Counted from the stretch's first letter, positions 41,313-53,831 are shown. The stretch: 64,000 bases of DNA from Bugula neritina (GCA_964035545.1 OZ037765.1:21266995-21330994); one strand, 5' to 3'. Notes: generated by a model from the sequence alone, not told the origin. Numbers and translations: made by a program.

Positions 41313-42568
41313 TATATACATATATATGTTTTTTTATTAAAAAATGCCACACCCTACTATATAGTTTCATACATTAAACTGCACTAAAAATAAATAAAAT
41401 GAAGAAAAATATAATATATTGAATTAAATCATCATTAAATATAAATATTGTAAATCGAAGATGTTAAAAATATGTTTACCCATCTCAAAAATTGAAAATT
41501 TTATGCATCAAGGCTCAACAGGCAACAGTGGCATTAAAGTTACTGTTGTGTGTTTAAAATAAATAGCAAAACTTATGAAATATTTTAAACATAAAATATT
41601 ATAAAGGAATGATAGTTAGCACAAATATTTGAGGCTATAAAAGTTTTTATTCCTCTTTTTATAATTATTAGACACAGATTAAGCTACATGAATATAAACT
41701 GAGTAATTAAATATATGTTGAACATACACTGATATAATTTCCAGCTGTCAATTTATTTTTTATTCTTTTATATAGATTTATATGCCCAAAGATGAGGTGT
41801 CTTACTCTCAGAAAAAAGTTAACAAGACAAGATGAGCTTTTGTTGGCTTTGATGAAGCTGCGTCAAGGTCTGCAGTTTCAAATGCTTGCTGACCTTTTTT
41901 ATATTTCTAGAATGCTAGCAAGCAAAATCTTCAAAGATACATTAACCATTCTAGCAAAAGAATTAAAAAATCTCATTATTTTTCCCCCTAGAGAGAAATT
42001 GAACATTCCTCTCAATTTTCAAAGTCAGTATCCCAACATTAGGTGCATTATTGATTGCACAGAAATATTTATATGCAAGCCACAGTCGAAGTTGGCACAA
42101 GCCTTGACATGGAGTGAATATAAAAAATCAAATACAATCAAATACCTTATTGCAATCACACCCAGAGGCACTATATGCTTTCTTTCACCTGGAATGGGAG
42201 GTAGGGCCTCAGACAAGTGCATAGTTAATGATTCTGGCTTCTTGGGTCTCATAAACCCAGGTGATGTGGTCATGGCAGATAAAGGCTTTATTATTGAAGA
42301 AGAGCTAATAGGAGCTGGAGCCAAGTTGGCCATGCCACCTGGGAAGAGAGGCCATTCTCAAATGACTAGAGCGAAGTTACTGCAAACTAAATTGATTGCT
42401 AACCTTCGAATCCACGTTGAAAGAGCAATAAAACGAGTAAAGGAATTTAATATTTTAAATGGTCCTGGGGGTGTAAGCTTACTGTTGACACCGCTTTTAG
42501 ATAAAGTAATGATAGTCTGCTGTGCTCTCTGTAATCTGCAGCCACCTTTGGTAGCCGATGAAGTGTAG
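40482..42568 (+). CDS. THAP-domain DDE transposase (HTH_Tnp_4 + DDE_Tnp_4, Harbinger/ISL2EU type), ~478 aa if a 1-nt frameshift at ~40526-40560 is corrected; exons 40482-41124, 41776-42568
   Basis: THAP start [11 protein letters not shown] (frame of 40482) continues in another frame as [24 protein letters not shown]. Then [10 protein letters not shown]|gt...ag|A splice, [23 protein letters not shown]. Catalytic motifs [25 protein letters not shown]. Confidence 0.9.
41154..41327. repeat. Compound (CA)n/(TA)n microsatellite inside the transposase intron
   Basis: Directly visible CA and TA runs with cacgcacgcgtatac interruptions. Confidence 0.95.
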
Positions 42569-43486
42569 CACTTTTATAATAATATTCTTCTTTATGTGCT
42601 ATTGTATACGTATTTGCTATACCACTATGCTTTATAAATAAAAGTCTGATATTATTACACTTTTGTCATATCTGCTTATCTTAATGATTGTTGAGAAGGA
42701 TTTTGGGTGAAAGTAAATGGCAGCTCAGACTTGATACTCATTTTATAAAATGCTAACTTATGCATAAATAATATTCTGTTAGTACCAATATTGTATGCAG
42801 TCAGCGTTGAAATATAATGCCTTCGTTTTGATGGAATCGACATTTTCTCTGTAGCTATCATGTTGCATCACACAATATGAAAAAATATTCAAGCCCAATG
42901 TTTAATGACCGTTTATTCTAACATTCCAAATTATTAGGAGAAAGCCTTTGTATTTTACCCAACTGACTAAAAAATGTATTGGAAACTCATTAGTAAAGTT
43001 GTTGATGTTATTGCATTAGCTTCAGAGCTAAGTACAGATGTTTCATCCAGCAATGACTTGAGACTGAGAAGTTCAACTTTAATATCACTTATACAAACAG
43101 GGCAAATTGCATAAAACATTACTTCACAGTTAAAAGAAACTAAACTATATTGTCCCATGGCTGATGTCATTACATTTGTAGAATAATCATACTGTTTAGC
43201 TAAGTAAATCGTATACAAGAAAGGGTTATCAACATGGTACCATGGTGATAATACCAACTAACAATATAGACCCACATGCAAGGCACTACATGCTAATACT
43301 CATTTTTATACAAAATGTCTACATTATCTATTGCTAATACCTGTGCATTTAAACTCAATGCAGATGAATATGTGACGGAGTAAAAAAATGCTGTTCTACA
43401 AATTTAAAATAAAATAGTATTGGGTACACAAGCAAATAATTTATGGCTATAGCTAGGCTAATGCATTTGTAATGAGCGTGTGAAAT

Positions 43487-44554
43487 AATTTTTTGAATAA
43501 GTACATCAAAGTAAACTGAAGCACACAAAGTAACCAGACTATGAGAATGTATTTAGTAGTATGCATGGATTTAAAACTAAACCATGAAATGATTATCATT
43601 ATTGCAACCTCAGTGCTAGGTAGACAGGATAGAGAAGGGTGGTGTGACTGCTGTAACTGTGCTACTGCTCTACATACTAACAGAGACTAGCCTAGTGTTT
43701 TACGTGCCTTACATAAGATATTATAATAGAACTGATAAGTTTGGTGTAGCATGCACTGCCATTGCAGCTCAGTGACTGTGCTAGTGCGCTATGCTCTCGA
43801 TAATGCTTTACAATACAACCAAGTAACAGCACTGGTTGATTTGATGTTCTAAGGCCTAAGTAATGTCTACCTTTGATGAAATCATCCTAAGTTATAACTG
43901 CCTACATAGTTGCTTACAAACCAAGTCAGAAAACTGGCATAGCAAAGTAAGCCAAAACAGATTTCGTAATACTAATAATTTCCCCATACACTCAAGTGTT
44001 GTATAGATGACTACAGCATGATCAGACTACAAAACTCAACCAAAAAGGGGCGTGTACCAACTCTAAAATATCACCACTATAACTCATATAAAACTCTACA
44101 TTTTCAAAGACAAATGCATTATTAGGCCTATCAGATACAATCATTAGCTGGTCATGTAGAGTCCAGCCAATCAGAATAGTATAAAATTGCCTGCAACGTG
44201 GCTATATTCAACTGCCAAAAACAACTAGCTCATTCACCACTATGTCAATAAAAAAACCATTAAATGTGTTTTGCCAGAACAGCTGGGGTTGTGGTCAAGC
44301 TGCTCCAGGGCATTTTTGCAGGAATACATTTTTTAAATGCATTTTTTAAGCATTTAATTTAAACATTTTGAAAAATGAACTCATGGTTCATAAAGTTAAG
44401 ATATGAAATAAAATAATGCATGTAATAAAAGTTGCACAGCTATTTTCTAGAAGTATGCATTTTGCATTTGAACTTGCAGAAGTTTATATATGTTATAGTG
44501 GTGAGTGTTTTAGATTTAGTACAAGGTACTAATTGTACCAAACATACATCGTCT
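43487..44554 (-). repeat. Right terminal inverted repeat (~1068 bp)
   Basis: Reverse complement of 35310-36375. Confidence 0.95.
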
Positions 44555-44773
44555 ATTACAATGGTGTGGTGGCTCGTGGAGCTACCAGCAGCACGATACG
44601 CAGGGTCGCGTAATTGACCCGGAACAGTGACAGCCAATTAGCAACTTTAGTAGTTAGTAGCAGTAATAGTTTTCCCGCTGTTAGTCAGTCGAAGTTAGAG
44701 TGTTGAATAGTCTAGATGTGTGAAGTATTAAATGTATTTGTATCGTTTTTGTAATGTGTTATTGTGTTTAAAA

Positions 44774-46629
44774 CAGGGATGTAGTGGTACCCATACGGTC
44801 CCATACGCCGTATGGCCTAGAAGAAAATAGACTGTTCTAGGCCATACGCCCGTATGGGCATAATTATTTTTGAAAGATGATTAGTGCCACAGGATAGTTA
44901 GGGCATTCTCACTGAGAATATCATAAATTTCGCTCACAATCTAATTTAAGTTCTTGCTATGTTAATGCTCTGTGGGTGGCATGCGTGTTGCCTACTTGTG
45001 ATTGTTTAGCCTGAGATTACACTATGAATAATATGCAGCTATCAACATTCCATCTTCTCATCTCTACGTGTTCATTGAAGCGCGAAGTGCTGTGCATTGG
45101 TGATTACTAAGGAAACATAATTTCATTTTCAGTGTATAAATCACTAACTTGTAGAAAATCTATGAAGGCTATTGAAAAGATAAAAAAATTTGCCATGCAT
45201 AAATTTTTCAGGTTTCCGACAGTGTTTGTTCTATTCGAATACCATGCTTTCCTGCTGAGATATTTGGCATGGATTGAAAAATAAATTTTTCAGGTAAAAT
45301 TGGCCAAAAATGAGTAGATTTTTGTCTAACTTTGCAAAAAAATATTGAAAACTCAAAAAAGCAGGCGCTCTGAGGAACAGGAAGATCTAAAACATGGTTT
45401 TTAAATTTTAATTCTAGCACAATTAAGTGAGGTTTTATTTTGCAGGACTGAATTCTTATAATATACCAATAATGTGGCCTCAGCAAGGCTGTGACAGCTA
45501 GAAGGTTGCCCTTATCTATTTTGTGTAGACTTGCATTTTGTTAATAAGCAATGGAATTTGGAAAAAGCCAACATGAAATCCAGAAATAAAATCAAAATGT
45601 CTTCAAGAAACAGTACCAGCTGCACCTGTAGACCTCAGTGATAAATTTTCATTAGCCTCTCCTACACATGTGTAGGAGAGGCTAATGAAAATTTATCACT
45701 GAGGTCTACAGGTACTATATCCACCTTTTGGTCAAAAACCTAGCGTTATTGCATGTTAATTATTAATGCAATAAGGTTTTGCAAACTGTACACCACCATA
45801 AGTAACCTTTTATGTTTGATTGTACTAATGTCTGGCTTTACATTTAATCATCTTCTAGGTTAACACATATTAAACCTGTCAAATTTGTTCTCTTGGGGAT
45901 ATTTCCTTGATGTATCTAGTGGAAGCTCAGGGGTTTTATTTTAACATACTCTTCTTGGGTGTACTTTATTGTGTGTAAGGAGGTGTGTAAGGAGGTGTGG
46001 CGGTATCACCTTATGGATTAGACTAGTACTCTAATAAACTCCAAATAGGTTTCAACCAATTTCTGCTTGCCAATGAGTTATCAATTCAAATTGCTCTTTG
46101 TAAATAACCAACACACATTTTCTGATTAGCAATCTTCCTCTGTTCTGATCTATTATTCTTTTTCTGTGCACGGCAGTGTATTAGTTATTTAAAGTAATCA
46201 GGTTGCATTTGGAGAGCACTTGTTACCTGCCTCTATCCTTCCATCTTTTTGAGATATTCAGCAATTTTTCTGTACAGGTTGGACTTAGTGTCAGAATAAA
46301 CCTAACTGCAGTTGAGTAAGACCACATTACATTACATTACAGTCAACAGGTATGGGACAAGACTGAATATTTATATAGTTTGCAGCAATGACCTGTCGTC
46401 ATGTAGCTGGTATGGTATGAAAATAATAGCGAGATGCACATTTCAACACAGATTTCTTTCAGAAGAATTATAATTCACAATGGCTTTAAATTGCATAAAT
46501 TTGCATCAGAAGCGCTCTGAGGGCTTCGGCGGCCGGGGCGCTGCCCCGGACCCCGCCGGGGGCCTAGGCGGCCCCCTGGACCCCCGGCCTGAGAGTATGG
46601 CCTAGAATATTTTTGCCACTACAACCCTG
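44774..46629. mobile_element. Non-autonomous hAT DNA transposon, 1856 bp
   Basis: 14-bp TIR CAGGGATGTAGTGG / CCACTACAACCCTG (1 mismatch); exact 8-bp TSD GTTTAAAA at 44766-44773 and 46630-46637. Subterminal CCATACG/GTATGGCCTAG repeats and GC-rich hairpins at ~46520-46590. No transposase ORF. Confidence 0.9.
45624..45713. repeat. Perfect 90-bp palindrome with no spacer
   Basis: ACCTGTAGACCTCAGTGATAAATTTTCATTAGCCTCTCCTACACA|TGTGTAGGAGAGGCTAATGAAAATTTATCACTGAGGTCTACAGGT, centre at 45668/45669. Confidence 0.95.
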
Positions 46630-47009
46630 GTTTAAAATATATACTCGTTCACTCGACTTATCCTGGTGAAGTTCTCTAGCAAGTAATTAGACTCTCTGGA
46701 TTGCATATCGACCCTAATTCTGAAAATCATAACAATAAACAAAAACAAAATTTTCATTAATATCATAATTACCACGATAAAGCCTATTAGTATAATTAAA
46801 GTTATAAAATAATATAATTACATATTTGTAGCCTCCAACAGTAACAACTAATTCCAATACTAATACCAGAATACAAATTGTTCTCAAATTATAAACTGGG
46901 TTTATAAATAATGATTATATCATTTGAAAACAAGTTAGATAAGCTATGTAAAAATAAAAAACTAAATAATCACAATATATTGGTAATAATAAAAGTAATA
47001 ATAATACAA

Positions 47010-47425
47010 GGTGATCACAATGAAAGAAAGCAGTGTAGGATGTGTAATGCAAAGGAAGAGTATATTTTTGAGCATATACTCAGTAAATGCAAGAAGCTAA
47101 TATAAAAAGAAACATGACTATGTGACCTTAATAACTCCAAAACAAGAAATGACTTGGCCTGAATTAGCAAAGATATTTCACAACATAAAAATCTTGTGGG
47201 CTTTGAAAATATACACCTACCAGGCGTGTGGTAGTTGACAGAAGCAATTCAAAACAACAATAATCTTTATGGCTGTATGTGATGACAATCAGTTAAAAGA
47301 AAAAAGCCAAAAAGATAGAAGGATATAACCACCTGGCACTAAAAGTAAAATTAATTTGCATGTGAACAACCTGAAGAAAAGTTGTCCTCAGGCCATGGTA
47401 ATTAGAACTCCTAGATTTGGGGCTA
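47010..47425 (+). mobile_element. Degenerate RLE-clade non-LTR retrotransposon 3' fragment, unit 2
   Basis: Paralog of 29993-30410 (CRMC..EHILSKC, HDYV, KILW, VVDRS). Confidence 0.6.
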
Positions 47426-48202
47426 GATACACTTACAGGAATTCAGTCTGGAACTGCATGGTATTACTTCAACTTGAAATTTATGTAAGTGATGTGACAA
47501 ATTGTCCTATTGCCATGAATAAAACTTATCAACTGTATACCATTGGCAGTAAAGAAGCACTAAATGTGAGAGACTCGTTAGTTGTACTTGTTATGACTTA
47601 TAATGATAATATAAAATTAAATATCAACTTCAAGATTACTTCAATGTAATTATCACTATGGCCAAAAGTTTTGAGATCTGCTAACACTAACAATATGAGT
47701 AACTACTACTACTACGACTAGTAGTAGAGGTAGTACTAGTAGCAGTAGTACCCAGTATCATTATTACAGTTCGAGTATTAGTATTACTATTAGTTTAAAA
47801 TTACAATTTGAATTAGTAGTACTATTATTATTACTATTACTAATAGTAAGACTAAGTCACTAAACTGAAACTATAACCGTTATACTTCAATGGCTGTAAC
47901 ACTAACTGTAAGTCACTAAGAGTAACTGTAAGTCACTAAGTGTAACATCTTGATCTTCATTAATTTAAGAAAAGTCTATCTATCAAGGCCTGGTGGAATC
48001 AGTGTGTTTACCATTTTACGTAAAGTTAACTCAATAATAGGAGGCAATATTAGCTCAAGTTGTGTCGTAACCAATAAATAAATAAATAATAAGGATCATC
48101 ATTTTTACTTTGAGCACTTTTTTACTTGGGAAGAAACTATATCACTCTGAGAAGAAACTATTTTATTGTTTACACTAAGCTAGAATGACGCAAATAACCA
48201 AG

Positions 48203-48403
48203 GTTCTAGAATAAGTAATTGCCTCATTGAATTGATAAACAAGTAGAATCTTCTAGCACAGTTTTAATTGGATACCACTGTGTTTTATGATTGGTTGAAA
48301 AGAGGAAATCCCAAGACTTCCACACGAGGCTAGAAAATACTGCAGTCGCCTAGAACGTTCTTAAATGGTATAAAATAGCAATACCAGCCGTTTATGTCAT
48401 TTA
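48203..48403 (+). promoter_or_regulatory. HSP70 copy 2 promoter (HSEs, TATA at 48369)
   Basis: gTTCtaGAAt, aGAAtcTTCt, taGAAcgTTCtt, TATAAAA and TCATTT as in copy 1. Confidence 0.8.
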
Positions 48404-48487
48404 CTGATCGAGCCGAAAAGTAGTTACAACTACCACATTTACTACGACTTTCAAGGATATAAACGTTGACTTTCAACGTATAGCAGT

Positions 48488-50942
48488 ATGGGGAAAACAA
48501 TTGGAATAGATCTTGGAACGACCTACTCGTGCGTCGGAGTATTTCAGCATGGAAAGGTGGAAATTATAGCAAACAGTCAAGGTGAGTACAAAGCAGTGCC
48601 AATAGTATTACTATTAGTATTGGTACACAAATTAAAAGCATATTCATTATCATAATCACTTACTCTAAAACTCTGAATTTTTTTAATAATGGTGATTTTT
48701 ATGCAAAAATTAACAACTGTGGGTTTGAGAAATATTGCAATTTTTATGACTATTAATTTCTTTTGATCCACTTTTCAACAACTAACATATAGCTATTACA
48801 ATAATTATACATAGTTTTATAATGATAATCACTAATAATAAACCAACTTAAAAATAAATCATTGCTGTGCATAGCAATATGTAGTTGCATAGCATTAAAA
48901 TAACTTACTTTAGACCAATTCTCGAATTATTGATGTTTTACAAAATAATTGCGGTACATTTTTTCTCCTTTAGTAATTTGTGATAAAACTCCTGGCTAGA
49001 ATATCAAGTATATCACTATTAGTAATACCAGTGTCATCTGCTAGTGATAAATAAGATTTACAGAAAACACACTATCCTATCTCATCTCATTAAATTGAAT
49101 AGATACACTTATGAGATTTTAATGTAATTTATATTCCTAATTGCAGGAAACCGAACCACTCCAAGTTATGTAGCCTTCACTGATTCTGAAAGACTGATAG
49201 GAGATGCAGCTAAGAACCAAGTTGCTATGAATCCAACAAATACAGTCTTTGATGCAAAACGATTGATTGGAAGAAAGTTTGCGGATGCTTCTGTGCAAAA
49301 AGACATGAAAACATGGCCTTTCAAAGTGATAGATGACAATGGTAAACCAAAGATTCAAGTCGAGCACCTTAATCAAACTAAAGTACTAACACCTGAAGAA
49401 ATAAGTTCAATGGTGTTGACAAGCATGAAAGAAACAGCGGAAGCATATCTTGGAGAGAAAGTAACAGATGCTGTAGTCACAGTTCCTGCTTACTTCAACG
49501 ATTCTCAAAGACAAGCCACCAAAGATGCAGGAGTGATTGCAGGGCTGAATGTGAAGCGAATCATTAATGAACCAACAGCTGCTGCATTGGCTTATGGGTT
49601 GGATAAGAATCTGAGTGATGAAAAAAATGTGTTGATCTTCGATTTGGGTGGTGGCACATTTGACGTATCAATCTTGAGCATTGACGAAGGATCGCTGTTT
49701 GAAGTAAAATCCACTGCCGGGAACACACATCTAGGAGGTGAAGATTTTGATGACAGGCTGGTTGAGCACTTCATTAAAGAATTTCAAAGAAAGCATGGTA
49801 AAAATATTAGAGGAAACCCTCGCTCACTCAGACGTCTGAGGACAGCATGTGAAAGGGCAAAGAGAACTCTCTCAAGCAGTGCTCAAGCAAATATAGAGAT
49901 AGACTCCATGTTTGAAGGAATAGATTTCTACACCAGCATCACAAGAGCAAGGTTTGAGGAACTTTGTGCTGACTTGTTTCGGGAGACATTGCAGCCAGTA
50001 GAGCAAGCTCTAAGAGATGCCAAGATGTCTAAAGGAGATATACATGAAGTGGTTCTAGTTGGTGGCTCTACTAGAATACCAAAGATTCAAAAGCTACTGC
50101 AAGAGTTCATGGGTGGAAAACAGTTGAACAAGTCTATCAACCCTGATGAGGCAGTAGCTTATGGTGCTGCTGTGCAAGCTGCCATTCTTTCTGGTGACCA
50201 GCATGATACCATCAAAGATGTGCTGCTAGTTGATGTAGCAGCTTTATCTCTTGGCATAGAAACAGCTGGTGGAGTCATGACCAATCTCATCGACAGGAAC
50301 ACCCGCATTCCTACCAAGCAGACAAAAGTTTTCACAACATATGCCGACAACCAGCCAGCAGTCACCATACAAGTGTTTGAAGGAGAAAGATCAATGACAG
50401 TCAACAACAACCATCTTGGCAAATTTGATCTATCAGGAATTCCTCCAGCACCCAGAGGTGTTCCACAGGTTGAAGTTACCTTTGACTTGGATGCAAATGG
50501 GATTCTCAACGTTTTGGCAGTAGAGAAAGGATCTGGGAAATCCAGCAACATCACCATCACCAATGACAGGGGTAGATTAAGTCAAGCTGAAATTGATGCG
50601 ATGCTGGCTGATGCAGAGAAGTTTAAAGCTGAAGATGAGAAACAGAGAAAGCAAGTGCAAGCTAGGAACTCATTGGAAAATCTTGTGTATCAATACAAGC
50701 AAGCTGCTGAAGAAAACGAGTCAAAATTGTCAGCAGACGACTCCAAACTGATAAAGGATGAATGCCAGCAAGTCATAAGTTGGCTGGACAACAACAACTT
50801 GGCAGATGAAGAAGAGTACCAGCACCAGATGTCAGAACTCCAGAAAAAGTGTTCTCCTATCATGTCCAAACTCCACCAATCAGGAGGAGGTAGCAACCAT
50901 ACAAGTAGCCAATCAGGACCTACAGTTGAAGAAATGGACTAA
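48488..50942 (+). CDS. HSP70: Cytosolic inducible-type HSP70, copy 2, 629 aa; exons 48488-48581, 49147-50942
   Basis: 94+1796=1890 nt, intact. Signatures [38 protein letters not shown]-terminus GPTVEEMD, no GGMP repeats. Confidence 0.97.
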
Positions 50943-52080
50943 TAGCAATGTACACTTTCTCTACTTGATCATGTGATTTTTTGCCAGTACTTTTCATTTT
51001 TGTGCTTATCATTATGTTCTTCCACCAAAGTTATGTTAGTAATTAGTATGATAAATATGTATATTCTTATGGTATTTTTGTATAAAATTTATGTACTCAT
51101 ACCTATTTATTGTGGTTTCTTGCAAGTTGTATATTTGTATATCTATAGTTAATGCAATAGACTATCTTTTAGCTCAAAGAGCAACCAGTTATGCTTGTTA
51201 TTTATGTAGATATATTTTTGTTTAGCAAACAATCTCTAACAATATTCAATTCTGTATAGTATTATTAGCATATAAATAAAAAATAATTTAAAACTCAAAT
51301 ATTTCGGAGTATTGTGTAAAAAAAGTTGTCAAAGAGTCAGTTAAGCAATTAATATCACCAGCAAAAAATGTTTGCCTATTTGTAGTCTTTTACAATAAAA
51401 ATATCACATTGTAAAAGCTGATAGCAAGACCACACATCTGAATACCTTGCATACTTCAGAACTGTTGGCTAATGACACATAAAAACAAACTATTGGTATT
51501 TAGTTCATAACAGAGAGAAGTTTTGTCCAAAGTATATTTATAATGATCATTTATATAAATTTAAAACAAATAATAATTTCAAACAAAATTAAATTTAATA
51601 ATATACCAATTTATAATACCAAGAATCTGCAAGTAACTTTGTTCACTAAATTACTTCTAATTTCTATAATTTGCTTAAAATCTTTTGATGTATACTTTTT
51701 TAATGCATTTCTTTTAATGTGCAAATGTGGTGATCAACAGTTAATGCTGTATATTTTATGTAATTGAGCATAGAAAAGCACAACATCAACTGTTGAAGTT
51801 TTTGTATTAGTTAGAAAATAGCAACTCAACACACAGTGATCAAAGTATAATATAAAAAGTAATTTTTGTACATAAAACTACTGTATGTTAGTTATACAGA
51901 AAAGAGAAGCTAGTTTTACTGCAAAAAATATATACTTTCAAACAACAAGCATAATAACATGATTGAATAATAAGAGTAGCACATAATTTAAAGGTGTACT
52001 TTATACAATATCAAAATTCCTTATATGTAAATTTGGAACAAATATACTAAACATATTGTATAAGTACAGTCAAATAGTAC

Positions 52081-52151
52081 CTAGCAAGCACCAGCAACCC
52101 ATCATGCTCAAGTAGATCAGCAAAGATCTGCTTTTCATATTCCAACAACAT
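52081..52151 (-). pseudogene. ERCC4: Duplicated XPF coding exon 1 (orphan copy, unit 3)
   Basis: 71 nt with intact ATG, ORF and GT donor. The upstream tttgtag acceptor-like sequence is retained. Confidence 0.88.
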
Positions 52152-52654
52152 GGCCTACAAACAAAAATTATCACATATTGAAAGTTCTCACCGAAAAAAA
52201 GAAACCTTAGTTTTTTTTACAAACACAACCTCTGAATATGATGACAGTTAGAAACATTTACATTTTATTTATATTAATTATAGTAAAATTCGTCATCATA
52301 GCCAAATTTCTTAAAGCTCAAGTTCAGGTAATAAATAAACACACATCTTTTATAAAATATTATCAATTACAATAAACAAAAACAAAATTTGTGTTGATAT
52401 TATATTTACCACTATAATACTTATAGCCCATTAGTATAATTAAAATTATAAAATAATATAATTACATATTTATAGCCTCCAACAGTAACAACTAATTCCA
52501 ATACTAATACCAGAATACAAATTGTTCTCAAATTACAAACTGGGTTTATAAATAATGATTATATCATTTGATAACAAGTTAGATAAGCTATGTAAAAATA
52601 AAAAAACTAAATAATCACAATATATTGGTAATAATAAAAGTAATAATAATACAA

Positions 52655-53065
52655 GGTGATCACAATGAAAGAAAGCAGTGTAGGATGTGTAATGCAAAGG
52701 AAGAGTATATTTTTGAGCATATACTCAGTAAATGCAAAAAGCTAATATAAAAAGAAACATGACTATGTGACCTTAATAACTCCAAAACAAGAAATGACTT
52801 GGCCTGAATCAGCAAAGATATTTCACAACATAAAAATCTTGTGGGCTTTAAAAATATACACCTAGCAGGTGTGTGGTAGTTGACAGAAGCAATTCAAAAC
52901 AATGTTAATCTTTATGGCTGTAGGTGATGACAATCAATTAAAAAAAAGCCAAAAAGATAGAAGGATATAATCATCTGGCACTAAAAGTAAAATTAACTTG
53001 CATGTGAACAACCTGAAGAAAAGTTGTCCTCACACCCATGGTAATTAGAACTCCTAGACTTGGGG
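52655..53065 (+). mobile_element. Degenerate RLE-clade non-LTR retrotransposon 3' fragment, unit 3
   Basis: Paralog of 29993-30410. Confidence 0.6.
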
Positions 53066-53831
53066 CTACATACACTTACAGGAATTCAGTCTGGAACTGC
53101 ATGGTATTACTTTAACTTGAAATTTATGTAAGTTATGTGACAAATTGCCATGAATAAAACTTATCAACTATACAACGTAGGCAGTAAAGAAGCACTAAAT
53201 ATGAGAGACTCGTTAGTTGTACTTGCAATGACTTATAATGATAATATAAAATTAAATACCAACTTCAAGATTACTTTAATATAATTATCACCAGACCAAG
53301 AGTGTTAAGATCTGCTAACACCAACAATATGAGTAACTTCTACTACTACGACTAGTAGTGGTAGTAGCAGTAGTAGTAGTACCCAGTACGAGTATCATAA
53401 TTACAGGTTGAGTATTAGTATTACTATTAGTTTAAAATTACAATTTGAATTAGTAGTAGGCCTACTATCAATATTACTATTACTATTAGTAAGACTAAAT
53501 CACTGTCAGTAGCTGTAACTACTAACCTGAAACTATAACCATTATACTTATAGTTCAATGGCTGTAACTGTAAGTGTAACATCGTCATTAATTTGAGAAA
53601 AGTCCTATCTATCAAGGCCTGGTGGAATCAGCGTGTTTACCATCTTACGTAAAGTTAACTCAATAATAGGAGGCAATATTAGCTTAAGTTGTGACGTAAC
53701 CAATAAATAAATAAATAATAGGGATCATCATTTTTACTTTGAGCACTTTTTTACTTGGGAAGAAACTATATCACTCTGAGAAGAAAGTATTTTATTGTTC
53801 ACACTAAGCTAGAATGACGCAAATAACCAAG

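Larger units (their letters stand above)
35310..44554. mobile_element. Full-length ISL2EU-type (PIF/Harbinger-related) DNA transposon, 9245 bp, two genes, ~1.07-kb TIRs
   Basis: Termini AGACGATGTATG...CATACATCGTCT flanked by AT at 35308-35309 and 44555-44556. Empty site TATCAATTACAA is seen in units 1 and 3. Encodes a THAP+DDE_Tnp_4-type transposase and a YqaJ exonuclease, the established ISL2EU gene pair; RR..YY ends and an AT TSD also fit that group. Confidence 0.92.
44565..46734 (+). mobile_element. ~0.3-kb insertion, probably a solo LTR (44565-44773 + 46638-46734), split by a hAT element
   Basis: Absent from units 1 and 3 (ttacaataaacaaaaac). Ends TGTGGTG...CATAACA fit the TG..CA LTR rule. 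The TSD is ambiguous: imperfect 4-bp ATGG/ATAA, or exact ACAAT with shifted ends. Confidence 0.55.

Noticed and set aside
41080-41370. YIYI/VCVC ORFs
   Set aside because: Microsatellite translations inside the transposase intron.
46515-46592. GC-rich stem-loops as a tRNA, SINE or terminator
   Set aside because: No cloverleaf or A/B boxes; they lie just inside the hAT right TIR and are best read as subterminal structure.
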